39,297 nucleotides of DNA from positions 1-39,297 of the forward strand of contig JAULUW010000288.1 of the NCBI GenBank assembly GCA_032111345.1. Reading direction: 5' to 3'. The DNA is from Bacteroidia bacterium (lineage in GTDB: Bacteria > Bacteroidota > Bacteroidia > NS11-12g > UBA955). Positions 1 through 8,646 of the stretch are shown in pieces. The position numbers were made by a program, and so were the translations under genes. Every line of letters starts with the position of its first letter. The first letter of the stretch is position 1. The notes beneath the pieces were generated by a model. The model was given only the letters and a program-made list of their open reading frames with translations, made no database searches and was not told the DNA's origin.

Positions 1-2
1 TT

Positions 3-479
3 ACTAAAGACGGAGATAACGTTTCCGTTCCTGTAATGATTCAAGACATTGAACCCGCCATGCTTACCATCGATGATAAGGCACGGGTAAATTCAATCAG
101 TCCTGAACTTGCTGCAGAATGGTATACTAAAAAGTTAATCAAGAAGAAAGACTTCATTTCTGGTGATAAATTCAAAGTAGGAAAAGTGAAACTTCCAGGA
201 AATCGTTTTACTGTTGATTTGGTTAAAATGGGCCGCTATGAAGTAAATGGCATCCAATTTAAAATCGATGAAAAAGTAAAAGGAATCGTAGTAGGTACGC
301 GTGTTCTAGATAAATACTTCAAATCAGATTCCTACAAAACCGATACCGAATACATCCTTATCCCGAAACGTGTTCCACGTGATTGGAAAGCGAAACCGGT
401 TAAAGAAAAGCCTGCTAAACCTGCTAGAGGTAAAAAAGCAGCTGCCGAAACCGACGAATCAGACGCAACCGATAAATAA
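3..479 (+). CDS. Hypothetical protein, 5'-truncated by the window edge, with a Lys/Pro/Ala-rich basic C-terminal tail
   Basis: The reading frame is open from position 3 with no stop upstream of the first ATG at 36. The ORF ends at 479 and is followed by a strong terminator. The tail reads KAKPVKEKPAKPARGKKAAAE. No family was recognised. Confidence 0.6.
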   Translation, partial: TKDGDNVSVPVMIQDIEPAMLTIDDKARVNSISPELAAEWYTKKLIKKKDFISGDKFKVGKVKLPGNRFTVDLVKMGRYEVNGIQFKIDEKVKGIVVGTRVLDKYFKSDSYKTDTEYILIPKRVPRDWKAKPVKEKPAKPARGKKAAAETDESDATDK

Positions 480-498
480 TCCCAATTCTGTAAATACA

Positions 499-530
499 AA
501 AAAGCCTTCTTTATCGAGAAGGCTTTTTTT
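499..530. terminator. Bidirectional rho-independent terminator between convergent genes
   Basis: Stem agccttct (503-510) pairs with agaaggct (517-524) around a 6-nt loop. An A-run precedes it and a T-run (524-530) follows, so it can terminate both the + ORF ending at 479 and kdsA (-) ending at 600. Confidence 0.75.
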
Positions 531-599
531 ATTTCCTTTGGGGGATACCCAAAGGGCTGATTCAAAGTCAATAACCTATTTTGTACAGGTGCTTTCGTC

Positions 600-1412
600 T
601 TATATAATTGCTTGACGAACTCGGATCAAACGCTCCATCAATCCACGCATTTGTGCCAATGGAAGCATATTCGCACCGTCTGACTTCGCTTCGGTGGGAT
701 TAGGATGGGTTTCTATGAATAAACCATCCACACCGACTGCAACAGCTGCTTTTGCAATGGTTTCTATCAGTTGCGGCTTCCCCCCTGTTACCCCAGATTG
801 TTGATTGGGTTGTTGTAAACTGTGGGTAATATCCATAATTACTGGAGCCCCAAAAGACTGCATTTCAGGAATATTTCTAAAATCTACCACCAAATCGGTA
901 TAACCGAAACTGTTGCCTCTATCCGTTAGCATCACATTCGCATTGCCCGATTCTGCGCACTTCACCAAAGCATGTTGCATGGCTCCAGCTGCTGCAAACT
1001 GACCCTTTTTGATATTGATGAACTTGCCTGTTGCTGCTGCTGCAACCAATAATTCTGTTTGTCGGAATAAAAATGCCGGTATTTGCAATACATCTACATA
1101 TTCGGCAGCCATGGCTGCCTCATGCGATTCATGGATATCGGTTACCACCGGAATTTGGAAATGTGCCCGTACTTCAGCCAGAATCTTCAATGCCGCTTCA
1201 TCCCCAATACCCGTGAATGAATCTAAGCGCGAACGGTTCGCCTTACGGTAGGAACCTTTAAAAACAAGCGGTATAGCTAAGTCTTCACTTAATTTTACAA
1301 GTGATTCTGCTATTTCAAAAGCCATGTCGCGACCTTCAATGGCACAGGGTCCAGCCAAAATGAAGAAGTTCGACGAATCGGCATGTTTTAATAAAGGTAT
1401 TTTGGGCATCAT
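600..1412 (-). CDS. kdsA: 3-deoxy-8-phosphooctulonate (KDO-8-P) synthase
   Basis: Motifs ILAGPCAIEG, FKGSYRKANRSR, VVTDIHE, LQIPAFLFRQTELL, NIKKGQF, LTDRGNSFGY and DITHSLQ are typical of KdsA/DAHP_synth_1. The start was moved to the MMPKIPLL methionine (1412), which lies 6 nt downstream of a TAnnTTTG box. Confidence 0.9.
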   Translation of the reverse strand: MMPKIPLLKHADSSNFFILAGPCAIEGRDMAFEIAESLVKLSEDLAIPLVFKGSYRKANRSRLDSFTGIGDEAALKILAEVRAHFQIPVVTDIHESHEAAMAAEYVDVLQIPAFLFRQTELLVAAAATGKFINIKKGQFAAAGAMQHALVKCAESGNANVMLTDRGNSFGYTDLVVDFRNIPEMQSFGAPVIMDITHSLQQPNQQSGVTGGKPQLIETIAKAAVAVGVDGLFIETHPNPTEAKSDGANMLPLAQMRGLMERLIRVRQAII

Positions 1413-1418
1413 AGTGCA

Positions 1419-1426
1419 CAAAGATA
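1419..1426 (-). promoter_or_regulatory. Candidate Bacteroidota -7 promoter box (TATCTTTG) for kdsA
   Basis: Exact TAnnTTTG on the minus strand, 6 nt upstream of the proposed kdsA ATG. No clear -33 TTG was seen. Confidence 0.35.
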
Positions 1427-1588
1427 CAACCTTCCTTTGGCATGACATCAGACCTTTCGGGGGAAGCCATCACTGCAATTCCGACTTGATGAAAATACAG
1501 CTATTTTCACGCCGCAAAGATTCATAATGGGATTGCTTCCTCGTTTCCGTGAATTTACCCAAAGAAAGTTTCCTCGTAGAAGCCTTTT

Positions 1589-3022
1589 TTAATATCTGAA
1601 AAAGGAGAACGATTGTTGGTTTCCGTTGGCATCCACTCCCTCAATTTTCATGCTTCCGCTGCTGCCTTCCATCGCTGCGATAAGGTCTTCAGGCTCTTGA
1701 TAGACTTTGCCATTGTACCGTAAAATAACAAAACCATCGCCCAAGCCCATTTGCGAAATAGCACCTCCTCTCCGTACATTCAAGATTCGAATTCCGGATG
1801 AAATTCGCAATTTACCCTTATCCGCCGCATTCAATGCCTGGAAATCGGCACCTAAATATTTACTACTTACCACCCCACGCATCATTAATTCGCGCTGTAC
1901 TTTGCCATCAATTAAACGCAGGTTAACTTTTCGTTCTTTTCCATCGCGTGTAACCGACAACAATACTTCATTATTCGGCCTTTGGTAGGCTAAAAATTCG
2001 TCGTAACTAGAACGTCCATCGATTTCCACATTTCCTATTTTAAGGATAATATCGCCCGCTTTCAATCCCGCTTTTTCTGCAGCACTGCCTTCCAATACAC
2101 TACGAATTTTTATGGGTTCTTTCAAGGTATTCATGGCTTGCATTTCTTCTGCACTTAATGCCGTGATTTCGAAACCCGTGAAAGCCCGCAAAACTTCTCC
2201 TTTTTCAATGAAATCTGTGACTATTTTCTGAACGATATTGCTCGGTATGGCAAAACCATATCCCGCATAACTGCCTGTATTCGATTGAATGGCCGTATTG
2301 ATTCCTACCAATTCCCCTTTGAGATTCACCAATGCCCCCCCGGAATTTCCAGGATTGATAGCCGCATCGGTTTGGATAAAACTTTCAATAGGAAATTGAT
2401 TTTTTACGATATTAATGTTCCGTCCTTTGGCACTTACGATACCCGCCGTAACCGTACTCGTGAGGTTAAACGGATTGCCAACGGCAAGAACCCATTCTCC
2501 TACATTCACATTATCCGAATTGCCAAAAACAATGGCCGGTAGGTCTTTTTTATCAATTTTAATCAGGGCCAAGTCCGAACTTGGGTCGGTGCCAATTACC
2601 TCTGCTTTGTATTCCCTTTTGTCTTTATTGAGAACCACGGCAATTTGTTCAGCGCCTTGTATTACATGGTTATTGGTTACAATATAACCATCGGAACTTA
2701 CAATAACACCGCTTCCTGTGGAGGATGCTTTTCCCCTACTTCCAAAGGGATCAAAATCCCAAAACAAACCCAAGGGGCTTTCATATCGCACGGTGGAAAT
2801 GGTTTTAATAAACACCACTGTGGGGGTTGAAAGCGCACTGGCATCTTCAAAAGACTGCAAGGCCAAACCGTTAGATGCCGCCCGTGTAGGGATGCCCGAA
2901 GATTCACTAGCGATGCGCAATTTAGTTGAACTGGAATCACTCGTTAGCTGATTAAACCAAGAGCCCGCATAGCCGGAAACAAATGCCAAGGCTCCTATCC
3001 CGATCCAGGTTATATTCTTCAT
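1589..3022 (-). CDS. HtrA/DegP-family periplasmic serine endoprotease with PDZ domains
   Basis: Trypsin-like triad contexts VTNNHV (His), DLALIKI (Asp) and GNSGGALVN (Ser), followed by PDZ-like segments (GLKAGDIILKIGN). The start is set at MKNITWIGIGALAF (signal anchor) rather than the longest ORF. Confidence 0.9.
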   Translation of the reverse strand: MKNITWIGIGALAFVSGYAGSWFNQLTSDSSSTKLRIASESSGIPTRAASNGLALQSFEDASALSTPTVVFIKTISTVRYESPLGLFWDFDPFGSRGKASSTGSGVIVSSDGYIVTNNHVIQGAEQIAVVLNKDKREYKAEVIGTDPSSDLALIKIDKKDLPAIVFGNSDNVNVGEWVLAVGNPFNLTSTVTAGIVSAKGRNINIVKNQFPIESFIQTDAAINPGNSGGALVNLKGELVGINTAIQSNTGSYAGYGFAIPSNIVQKIVTDFIEKGEVLRAFTGFEITALSAEEMQAMNTLKEPIKIRSVLEGSAAEKAGLKAGDIILKIGNVEIDGRSSYDEFLAYQRPNNEVLLSVTRDGKERKVNLRLIDGKVQRELMMRGVVSSKYLGADFQALNAADKGKLRISSGIRILNVRRGGAISQMGLGDGFVILRYNGKVYQEPEDLIAAMEGSSGSMKIEGVDANGNQQSFSFFRY

Positions 3023-3043
3023 AATTTGCGATAATTTTACTTC

Positions 3044-3051
3044 CAAAAATA
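3044..3051 (-). promoter_or_regulatory. Candidate -7 promoter box (TATTTTTG) for the HtrA-family gene
   Basis: Exact TAnnTTTG on the minus strand, 21 nt upstream of the ATG at 3022 and immediately after the upstream terminator T-run. Confidence 0.35.
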
Positions 3052-3053
3052 AT

Positions 3054-3082
3054 AAAAAAAGGTCCCTTGACTGGGACCTTTC
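3054..3082 (-). terminator. Rho-independent terminator of the membrane-protein gene
   Basis: On the minus strand the stem aggtccc/gggacct encloses a 6-nt loop and is followed by a T7 run (plus-strand A-run 3054-3060). It lies just downstream of the stop at 3105. Confidence 0.75.
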
Positions 3083-3104
3083 GATAAAAACCTCAGGCTT
3101 ATGG

Positions 3105-3539
3105 TTATAGGCCCATTCCTGGGAACCAGCCACGCGCAATTCCATCCGCCATAAATGGCCATGGAATGCGTGAAAGAATCAATACCAATGCCGCAACATA
3201 CAACCATTTCGCTGAAGCTTTGCCTTTGCGGATGAACACACCACCCATGGTAATCAATACAATAGCAATGATCATGGTTAACGTATGTTCGATAACGAAA
3301 AACCGTTGGGCAGATGCTTTCATCACTGCGCCCATTCCGTTTTCTTGAATCAATTTCAAGCCCCAATCTCCCAAAAACCATTGTGCCAAACCGATGAGCA
3401 ACATGATGTGAGATACGATGGTTAAATACCGTGCTTCTTTTCCTGATTTACCCGTAAATACTTTGATCAAGGTGTAAATCAGCAGAATTAAAATCACCCA
3501 ACGTAACAATGAGTGCATGTGTGTAAGTCCAGTTGTCAT
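3105..3539 (-). CDS. Hypothetical integral membrane protein (about 4 TM helices)
   Basis: 144-aa ORF with four hydrophobic stretches (e.g. LLRWVILILLIYTLI, IMLLIGLAQWFLG, LTMIIAIVLITMGGVF, LYVAALVLILS). It has its own terminator. No family is confidently recognised. Confidence 0.65.
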   Translation of the reverse strand: MTTGLTHMHSLLRWVILILLIYTLIKVFTGKSGKEARYLTIVSHIMLLIGLAQWFLGDWGLKLIQENGMGAVMKASAQRFFVIEHTLTMIIAIVLITMGGVFIRKGKASAKWLYVAALVLILSRIPWPFMADGIARGWFPGMGL

Positions 3540-3680
3540 AAGATTCGATATATTATTGCTAGGATTGCGAAAGCGAAGTTACATAAAATGCAAAAACTTC
3601 TTAAGTGATTTTTTGCAAAATTCGTCAATTGTGTTTACACCTGTCTAACAAAACTTATTCAAAAATTGTATTTTCGTTGT

Positions 3681-6503
3681 ATGATGAAAAAGTGGATGAT
3701 ACGCTTCAGTGGATTGCTCGTAGCTATCTTTATAATTCTCTTAATCCTACCTTTTGCGTTTAAAGGCAAAATTCTGGCTATGGCGAAACAAACAGCTTCA
3801 GAATCGGTAACGGCGAAGATCAATTTCGACGATGATCTGAGTCTGAGTTTAATCCGGAACTTTCCTAATTTATCGGTAGGAGTAAACCAATTGAGCGTGG
3901 TAGGTATCGATTCTTTTGCAAACGATACCTTGTTCAAAACCGATAATTTCCGCCTGACCATCGATATTGCCTCCTTATTATCAGACACAGATCCCATAAA
4001 AATCAAAAAAATCTATTTGAAAGATCCCAATATCTACGTGCACGTATTGAAAAGCGGGCGTGCTAATTACGATATTGTACCGGCCGATACCGGTGTTGTT
4101 GCTCCCGTTGATACCAGTGCGGCTCCCATTTCTTTGGCATTAAACGAAATCACTGTTGAGAACGGGCGTATACGGTATCGCGATGTGAGCATGGGGGTGG
4201 ACTTCGAAGCGGCACAATCGGATTTTAACGCCGAAGGTGATTTTTCTAACGATATTTTTACGCTGATAAGCCATTTCACTACCCAATCTATGAACTTGAG
4301 TTATGAGGGAATGACTTTAGTTTCGAAGGCTAAATTTGACCTTAAAAGCGACGTGCAGATGGATTTAGAAAAGTTCCGCTTTGGTTTTGAGCCTCTAGAA
4401 GCAAAGTTGAATGAACTTCCCTTAGAAATGAAAGGTTGGGTGCAGATGAATGACGAGAATATGGACATGGATCTTCAAATTGCGGTTCCCAATTCCGAAT
4501 TCAAATCCCTACTTTCTGCCGTTCCAGGTTGCTATACCAGCGATTTTCAACAAGTAAAAGCCAGTGGAAAAATGGCATTCAATATGGCTATAAAGGGCAT
4601 TATGGATGATTTAAAAATGCCCCAAACCAAAATGCAATTAACCGTAGAAAATGCCCAATTCCAATATCCCGATTTACCCAAATCCGTGAGCGGGATTAAC
4701 GTCGATTTCAAAATGGTAAATGCCGATGGCGATCCAGATCATACGACTATTGACTTAAAAAACTTCAGTTTAAATTTGGGTAAAGACCCCTTCAAAATGA
4801 GCTTGTACACTACCAATCCCATTTCGAGTCCGTATGCAAGAGGGGCAATTTCAGCCAATATGAACCTTGCCGATTGGAAAGACCTATTACCCTTAGATTC
4901 GGGTGTAAATATTTCCGGACAAGTTGCGGCGGGCTTGGTTTTTGACGGGCATTATGCCGATATCGAAAAACAGAAATTCGACGACCTCAAAGCAGAAGGT
5001 TCATTAGGTTTGGTGGGCTTCCGATACAGCGCACCAGGTTTGCTTCAAACAGATATTAAATCCTTTAATATGCAAGCCACGCCCAATGCATTTATAATTA
5101 CGCCTTCGGTTATTCGCTATGGTTCCTCTTCTATACAAATCAGCGAAGGCCGTTTAGATAACCTTATTGCGTATGCCTTGAAAGGAGAAACCTTAAGTGG
5201 AGCCTTGCGGATTAATAGCCAACGAATCGACTTGAATGAATGGATGCCTGCCAACGAAACAGCGAGCGAAGCCGCGCCTGAAAGCGATACCGCGGCAATG
5301 GCCGCTCCACATATTCCAGAAAATCTAGATCTGGTTTTCCAAGGCAAGATAAGCGAGTTGATATACGATACTTATCAATTAAAATCGTGCGAAGCCAAAA
5401 TCCACGTTAAAGAGGGCAAACTCGAAATCGATCCGATTGCCGCTGAAATTTGGGGAAGTAAAATCAATTTCAGTACGAAATATGCCTATTTCGAAGGCGG
5501 TAAACCCCAAATCAACAGCAAACTTTCCCTGCAAAACTTAATCCCCAAAAACATTACGGGTCAGTTCGCTATGTTGGAAACCTATGCGCCTATTTTGAAA
5601 GACCTAGACGCTCCTTTTAATATGAATATCGACTTCCTTAGCGACTTAACCGAAGACCTTGGAGTAGACATGCAAAGTCTTTCGGCTGATGGCCTAATGG
5701 CTGTTACCGAGGCACAAAAACTCAAATCTCCGGATTGGTTAAAGCAGGTTTTTGATCAATTCAAATGGAATTCGAGTAAAATGCAAGATGTGAAAATTAA
5801 GCCCGGAAAAATGGGTTTTGCTATCAATGATGGAAAGCTTTCCCTCAAAGACAGTATCCGACTAGATGTTTACGAAGGTACCAAAATGGCTTTCAGTGGA
5901 AATGTAGATCTGGCTCAAAATTTAGATTTTAAAGGGTATTTGTACACACAAGGAAAAGCCGTACCGATGTCGATCACAGGCCCAAGTTCCAAGCCCAAAT
6001 TACAAATCGATTGGAAACAATTAGGCATGAAGGTAGTGGAGGAATACAAAGACAAAGCGGTTGCTGAAGTTAAAAAAGAAGCCAATAAAATCGTTGATAA
6101 GTCCATCGAAGAAGCAGAAGCCAAAGCAGCACAATTGCGGGCTGAGGCAAAAATCCAGGCCGATAAATTACGCGCTGAAGGGAAATCGTTGGCTGAAACG
6201 ACGCGCAAAGAAACCGACAAATTGGTACAAGCCAGTTTGGATAAATCCAAAGCCGAAATTGATGCTCTCATTGCAAAAGCGCGAAACCCATTAGAGAAAC
6301 TAGCGGCTGAAAAGGCCGGTAAAAAAGTGAGTGAACAGGCACAGAAAAAAGCCGAAAGCTTGCGCAAAGAAGGGTATGCCAAGGCCGATAAAATTGAATC
6401 AGAAGCCAATGCTAAAGCCGATGCCCTAGAACAAGAAACCCAAACCAGATCCCAAAAATTAATTGACGAGGCTAAAGCCAAACAAGAAGCCAAATTAAAA
6501 TAA
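3681..6503 (+). CDS. AsmA-family outer-membrane biogenesis protein with a Lys/Ala/Glu-rich coiled-coil C-terminal tail
   Basis: N-terminal signal anchor MKKWMIRFSGLLVAIFIILLILPF, then a long beta-rich body typical of AsmA/TamB-like proteins (ITVENGRIRYRD, KIHVKEGKLEIDPI). The last ~150 aa are low-complexity KAEAKxxADKLRAE-type. The start was chosen at the second in-frame Met cluster. Confidence 0.7.
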   Translation: MMKKWMIRFSGLLVAIFIILLILPFAFKGKILAMAKQTASESVTAKINFDDDLSLSLIRNFPNLSVGVNQLSVVGIDSFANDTLFKTDNFRLTIDIASLLSDTDPIKIKKIYLKDPNIYVHVLKSGRANYDIVPADTGVVAPVDTSAAPISLALNEITVENGRIRYRDVSMGVDFEAAQSDFNAEGDFSNDIFTLISHFTTQSMNLSYEGMTLVSKAKFDLKSDVQMDLEKFRFGFEPLEAKLNELPLEMKGWVQMNDENMDMDLQIAVPNSEFKSLLSAVPGCYTSDFQQVKASGKMAFNMAIKGIMDDLKMPQTKMQLTVENAQFQYPDLPKSVSGINVDFKMVNADGDPDHTTIDLKNFSLNLGKDPFKMSLYTTNPISSPYARGAISANMNLADWKDLLPLDSGVNISGQVAAGLVFDGHYADIEKQKFDDLKAEGSLGLVGFRYSAPGLLQTDIKSFNMQATPNAFIITPSVIRYGSSSIQISEGRLDNLIAYALKGETLSGALRINSQRIDLNEWMPANETASEAAPESDTAAMAAPHIPENLDLVFQGKISELIYDTYQLKSCEAKIHVKEGKLEIDPIAAEIWGSKINFSTKYAYFEGGKPQINSKLSLQNLIPKNITGQFAMLETYAPILKDLDAPFNMNIDFLSDLTEDLGVDMQSLSADGLMAVTEAQKLKSPDWLKQVFDQFKWNSSKMQDVKIKPGKMGFAINDGKLSLKDSIRLDVYEGTKMAFSGNVDLAQNLDFKGYLYTQGKAVPMSITGPSSKPKLQIDWKQLGMKVVEEYKDKAVAEVKKEANKIVDKSIEEAEAKAAQLRAEAKIQADKLRAEGKSLAETTRKETDKLVQASLDKSKAEIDALIAKARNPLEKLAAEKAGKKVSEQAQKKAESLRKEGYAKADKIESEANAKADALEQETQTRSQKLIDEAKAKQEAKLK

Positions 6504-6521
6504 AAACCCTACCTTTAAACT

Positions 6522-6725
6522 ATGAAAACAAATATTGGAAACATTGATCGCCTATTCCGTTTAGGCGCAGCCGCCGTGCTCGCAACTTTAATTGTTTTAT
6601 CAAAAGTCAGCGGTACTGCGGCTATCATTAGCGGTATCATTGCGGCGGTTTTGTTAATTACAGCAACCGTTCGCACCTGTCCCTTATACCTTCCTTTTGG
6701 AATCAGCACCCTTAAAAAGAACTAA
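6522..6725 (+). CDS. DUF2892 (YgaP-like) small membrane protein
   Basis: MKTNIGNIDRLFRLGAAAVL ... TCPLYLPFGIST is the characteristic DUF2892 pattern in a 67-aa, two-helix protein. Confidence 0.8.
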   Translation: MKTNIGNIDRLFRLGAAAVLATLIVLSKVSGTAAIISGIIAAVLLITATVRTCPLYLPFGISTLKKN

Positions 6726-6862
6726 CGCCTTAAACCTAAGAATTGCAATTTATACATATTTGTAGATAGGATTCTGCACAATCATTTGCATTATTGCATA
6801 CATATATCATCGCTGTTAGATCCCCGCTAATCGGATCGATTTTGATACCCATTGGCCGGTTG

Positions 6863-6908
6863 ACATAAAGTTGTGCTTCCTGCAAAAATCAGCTGCACAT
6901 CTTTATGT
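6863..6908. promoter_or_regulatory. Imperfect inverted repeat (13/14) upstream of dps, candidate operator
   Basis: acataaagttgtgc (6863-6876) and gcacatctttatgt (6895-6908) are reverse complements with one mismatch, separated by 18 nt. The repeat lies 65-110 nt upstream of the dps ATG. Confidence 0.3.
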
Positions 6909-6972
6909 AATATTCGTCACTCAGCCTCTGTAATTGTTTTGTGGTACTGTTCATTAAGTCGAGATTTGTAAT

Positions 6973-7443
6973 ATGAACAAAATCGGATTACACCCCCAAA
7001 AAAGTGAAGCCTTATGCCATGATCTGAATGGCCTATTGGCCAATTATATGGTCTTTTATCAAAATACCCGTGGTTTCCATTGGAATATACGGGGTGAAAA
7101 GTTCTTCGAATTGCATTTGAAGTTTGAAGAATTATACAACGACTTAATTTTGAAAATCGATGAAATCGCCGAACGTATTCTAACGCTAGGAGGAACTCCC
7201 ATGCATACGTTTGAAGATTACATGGCGCATTCTGAAATTGAATCCGCAAAAAATGTTCAACAAGGAGCCGAGTGTGTAAGCCATATTTTAATTTCATTTG
7301 AGGTGTTAATTCGTGCACAAAGAAAGATTCTCGCAGAATCTGCAGAGATTGAAGATGAAGGCACTAACGCCTTGATGAGCGATTATATCCGTGCCCAAGA
7401 AAAACTGGTATGGATGTACGGAGCATACCAAAATAGACCTTAA
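6973..7443 (+). CDS. dps: Dps-family DNA starvation/stationary-phase protection protein (ferritin-like)
   Basis: LNGLLANYMVFYQNTRGFHWNIRGEKFFELHLKFEELY and DEIAERILTLGGTP match the Dps ferroxidase-site region. The 156-aa length is typical. Confidence 0.9.
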   Translation: MNKIGLHPQKSEALCHDLNGLLANYMVFYQNTRGFHWNIRGEKFFELHLKFEELYNDLILKIDEIAERILTLGGTPMHTFEDYMAHSEIESAKNVQQGAECVSHILISFEVLIRAQRKILAESAEIEDEGTNALMSDYIRAQEKLVWMYGAYQNRP

Positions 7444-7514
7444 TCCAAAAATAAAACAAAACCCCCTTTGCGAAAAATCTCTTTAGCTTATGTTCGTAGC
7501 CTAAAGATTTTCCG

Positions 7515-7522
7515 TAAATTTG
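7515..7522 (+). promoter_or_regulatory. Candidate -7 promoter box (TAAATTTG) for the desaturase gene
   Basis: Exact TAnnTTTG, 13 nt upstream of the ATG at 7536. Confidence 0.35.
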
Positions 7523-7535
7523 ATAACAATTAATT

Positions 7536-8636
7536 ATGACACCTATTCGATTTGAAGGCCGTAATGGCGAATTTTTCTCTACTTTGAGAAACAGAATCAA
7601 TGACTATTTCAGTGAAAATAATATTCAACCCACAGGAAACTGGAAATTATACTGGAAAACGATTATCTTATTTGCAACACTCATTGGATGCTATGTAACG
7701 ATTTTAGCATTACACCCTGAAAATGCTTGGATCTATTTGGCATACGCCATCATGGGCTTGTCTTTTGCAGGTATCGGATTCAATGTAATGCACGACGGTG
7801 CACACGGAAGTTATTCAAAACATACGTGGTTAAATAAAATCATGGCCAATTCGCTAAACCTTCTTGGAGGGAATGCATTTCTTTGGGCAGAAAAACACAA
7901 TGTAGTGCATCACAGTTTTACCAATATTGAAGGGGTTGACGACGATATCGATCTATGGCCCTTGTTGCGTGTGAATACCGCAAAAAAGAAATTGTGGTTT
8001 CATAAATACCAACATATTTATGGTATGCCCTTGTACACGGTTGCTTATTTGGCGTGGATTTATATGCAAGATTTCAAAAAGTACTTTACCGGAAAAGTGG
8101 TAGATCGCCCCTTTAAGAATAAGCTCAACGCATGGAAACACTTTGAGTTCTGGGCATCAAAATTGGTATATATCTTCATTTTTGTATTAATCCCTGCATA
8201 CTTCATCGGTTTCAAAACAGCGGTTCTAGGCTACCTAATCATGGCCCTTATTACCGGAATTTGCATTACCGTAGTATTCCAATTGGCTCACGTAGTTGAA
8301 GATATTCATTTTGTAACCGATGTCGCAGAAGCGAAAACGGCGCAAGTTGAATTGGATGCCATTCGCGTTCAAGACGATTGGGCTACCCATCAAATCCGCA
8401 CCACCTCTAACTTCAGTACCAAAAGTAAAACACTTACCTGGTTATTAGGTGGATTGAACTTCCAAGTAGAACATCATTTGTTCCCCAAAATCAGCCATAT
8501 ACATTATCCCGACCTTAATGAGATCGTAAAGAAGACATGTGCTGAATTCAATGTGAAATACAATGAGGTACCCACCTTTTTCAAGGCGGTACGCTCACAC
8601 TTTATGCATTTGAAAGTAATCGGGCAGCTCGCTTAA
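7536..8636 (+). CDS. Membrane fatty-acid (acyl-lipid/acyl-CoA) desaturase
   Basis: Three histidine boxes are present: HDGAHGS, HNVVHH and QVEHHLFP. Hydrophobic membrane-spanning segments lie between them. Confidence 0.9.
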   Translation: MTPIRFEGRNGEFFSTLRNRINDYFSENNIQPTGNWKLYWKTIILFATLIGCYVTILALHPENAWIYLAYAIMGLSFAGIGFNVMHDGAHGSYSKHTWLNKIMANSLNLLGGNAFLWAEKHNVVHHSFTNIEGVDDDIDLWPLLRVNTAKKKLWFHKYQHIYGMPLYTVAYLAWIYMQDFKKYFTGKVVDRPFKNKLNAWKHFEFWASKLVYIFIFVLIPAYFIGFKTAVLGYLIMALITGICITVVFQLAHVVEDIHFVTDVAEAKTAQVELDAIRVQDDWATHQIRTTSNFSTKSKTLTWLLGGLNFQVEHHLFPKISHIHYPDLNEIVKKTCAEFNVKYNEVPTFFKAVRSHFMHLKVIGQLA

Positions 8637-8646
8637 TGAGCTGCCC
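8622..8646. terminator. Perfect 9-bp inverted repeat centred on the overlapping stop codons of the convergent desaturase and pepT genes
   Basis: gggcagctc (8622-8630) pairs with gagctgccc (8638-8646). The 7-nt loop gcttaat contains TAA (+, 8634-8636) and TTA (8633-8635, which is TAA on the minus strand). No flanking T-run is present. Confidence 0.4.

Noticed and set aside
332-615. Small ORFs (79 and 81 aa) spanning the first terminator
   Set aside because: They overlap the 3' end of a longer ORF and cross a strong bidirectional terminator, so they are very unlikely to be genes.
3037-3381. 114-aa ORF overlapping the membrane-protein gene and the HtrA promoter/terminator region
   Set aside because: It is in a different frame of the same strand as a better-supported 4-TM ORF, and it reads through a clear terminator hairpin.
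3589-3617. Palindrome TGCAAAAA-N13-TTTTTGCA in the divergent region between the membrane-protein gene and the AsmA-like gene
   Set aside because: It is an 8-bp AT-rich dyad in an AT-rich intergenic region. That is easily explained by chance, and there is no second copy or known consensus to support an operator call.
5915-6493. 192-aa antisense ORF opposite the 3' end of the AsmA-like gene
   Set aside because: It is an artefact of the Lys/Ala/Glu repeat (GCN/AAR/GAR codons read as Ala/Ser/Leu-rich antisense). The sense frame is continuous with the 940-aa AsmA-like body.
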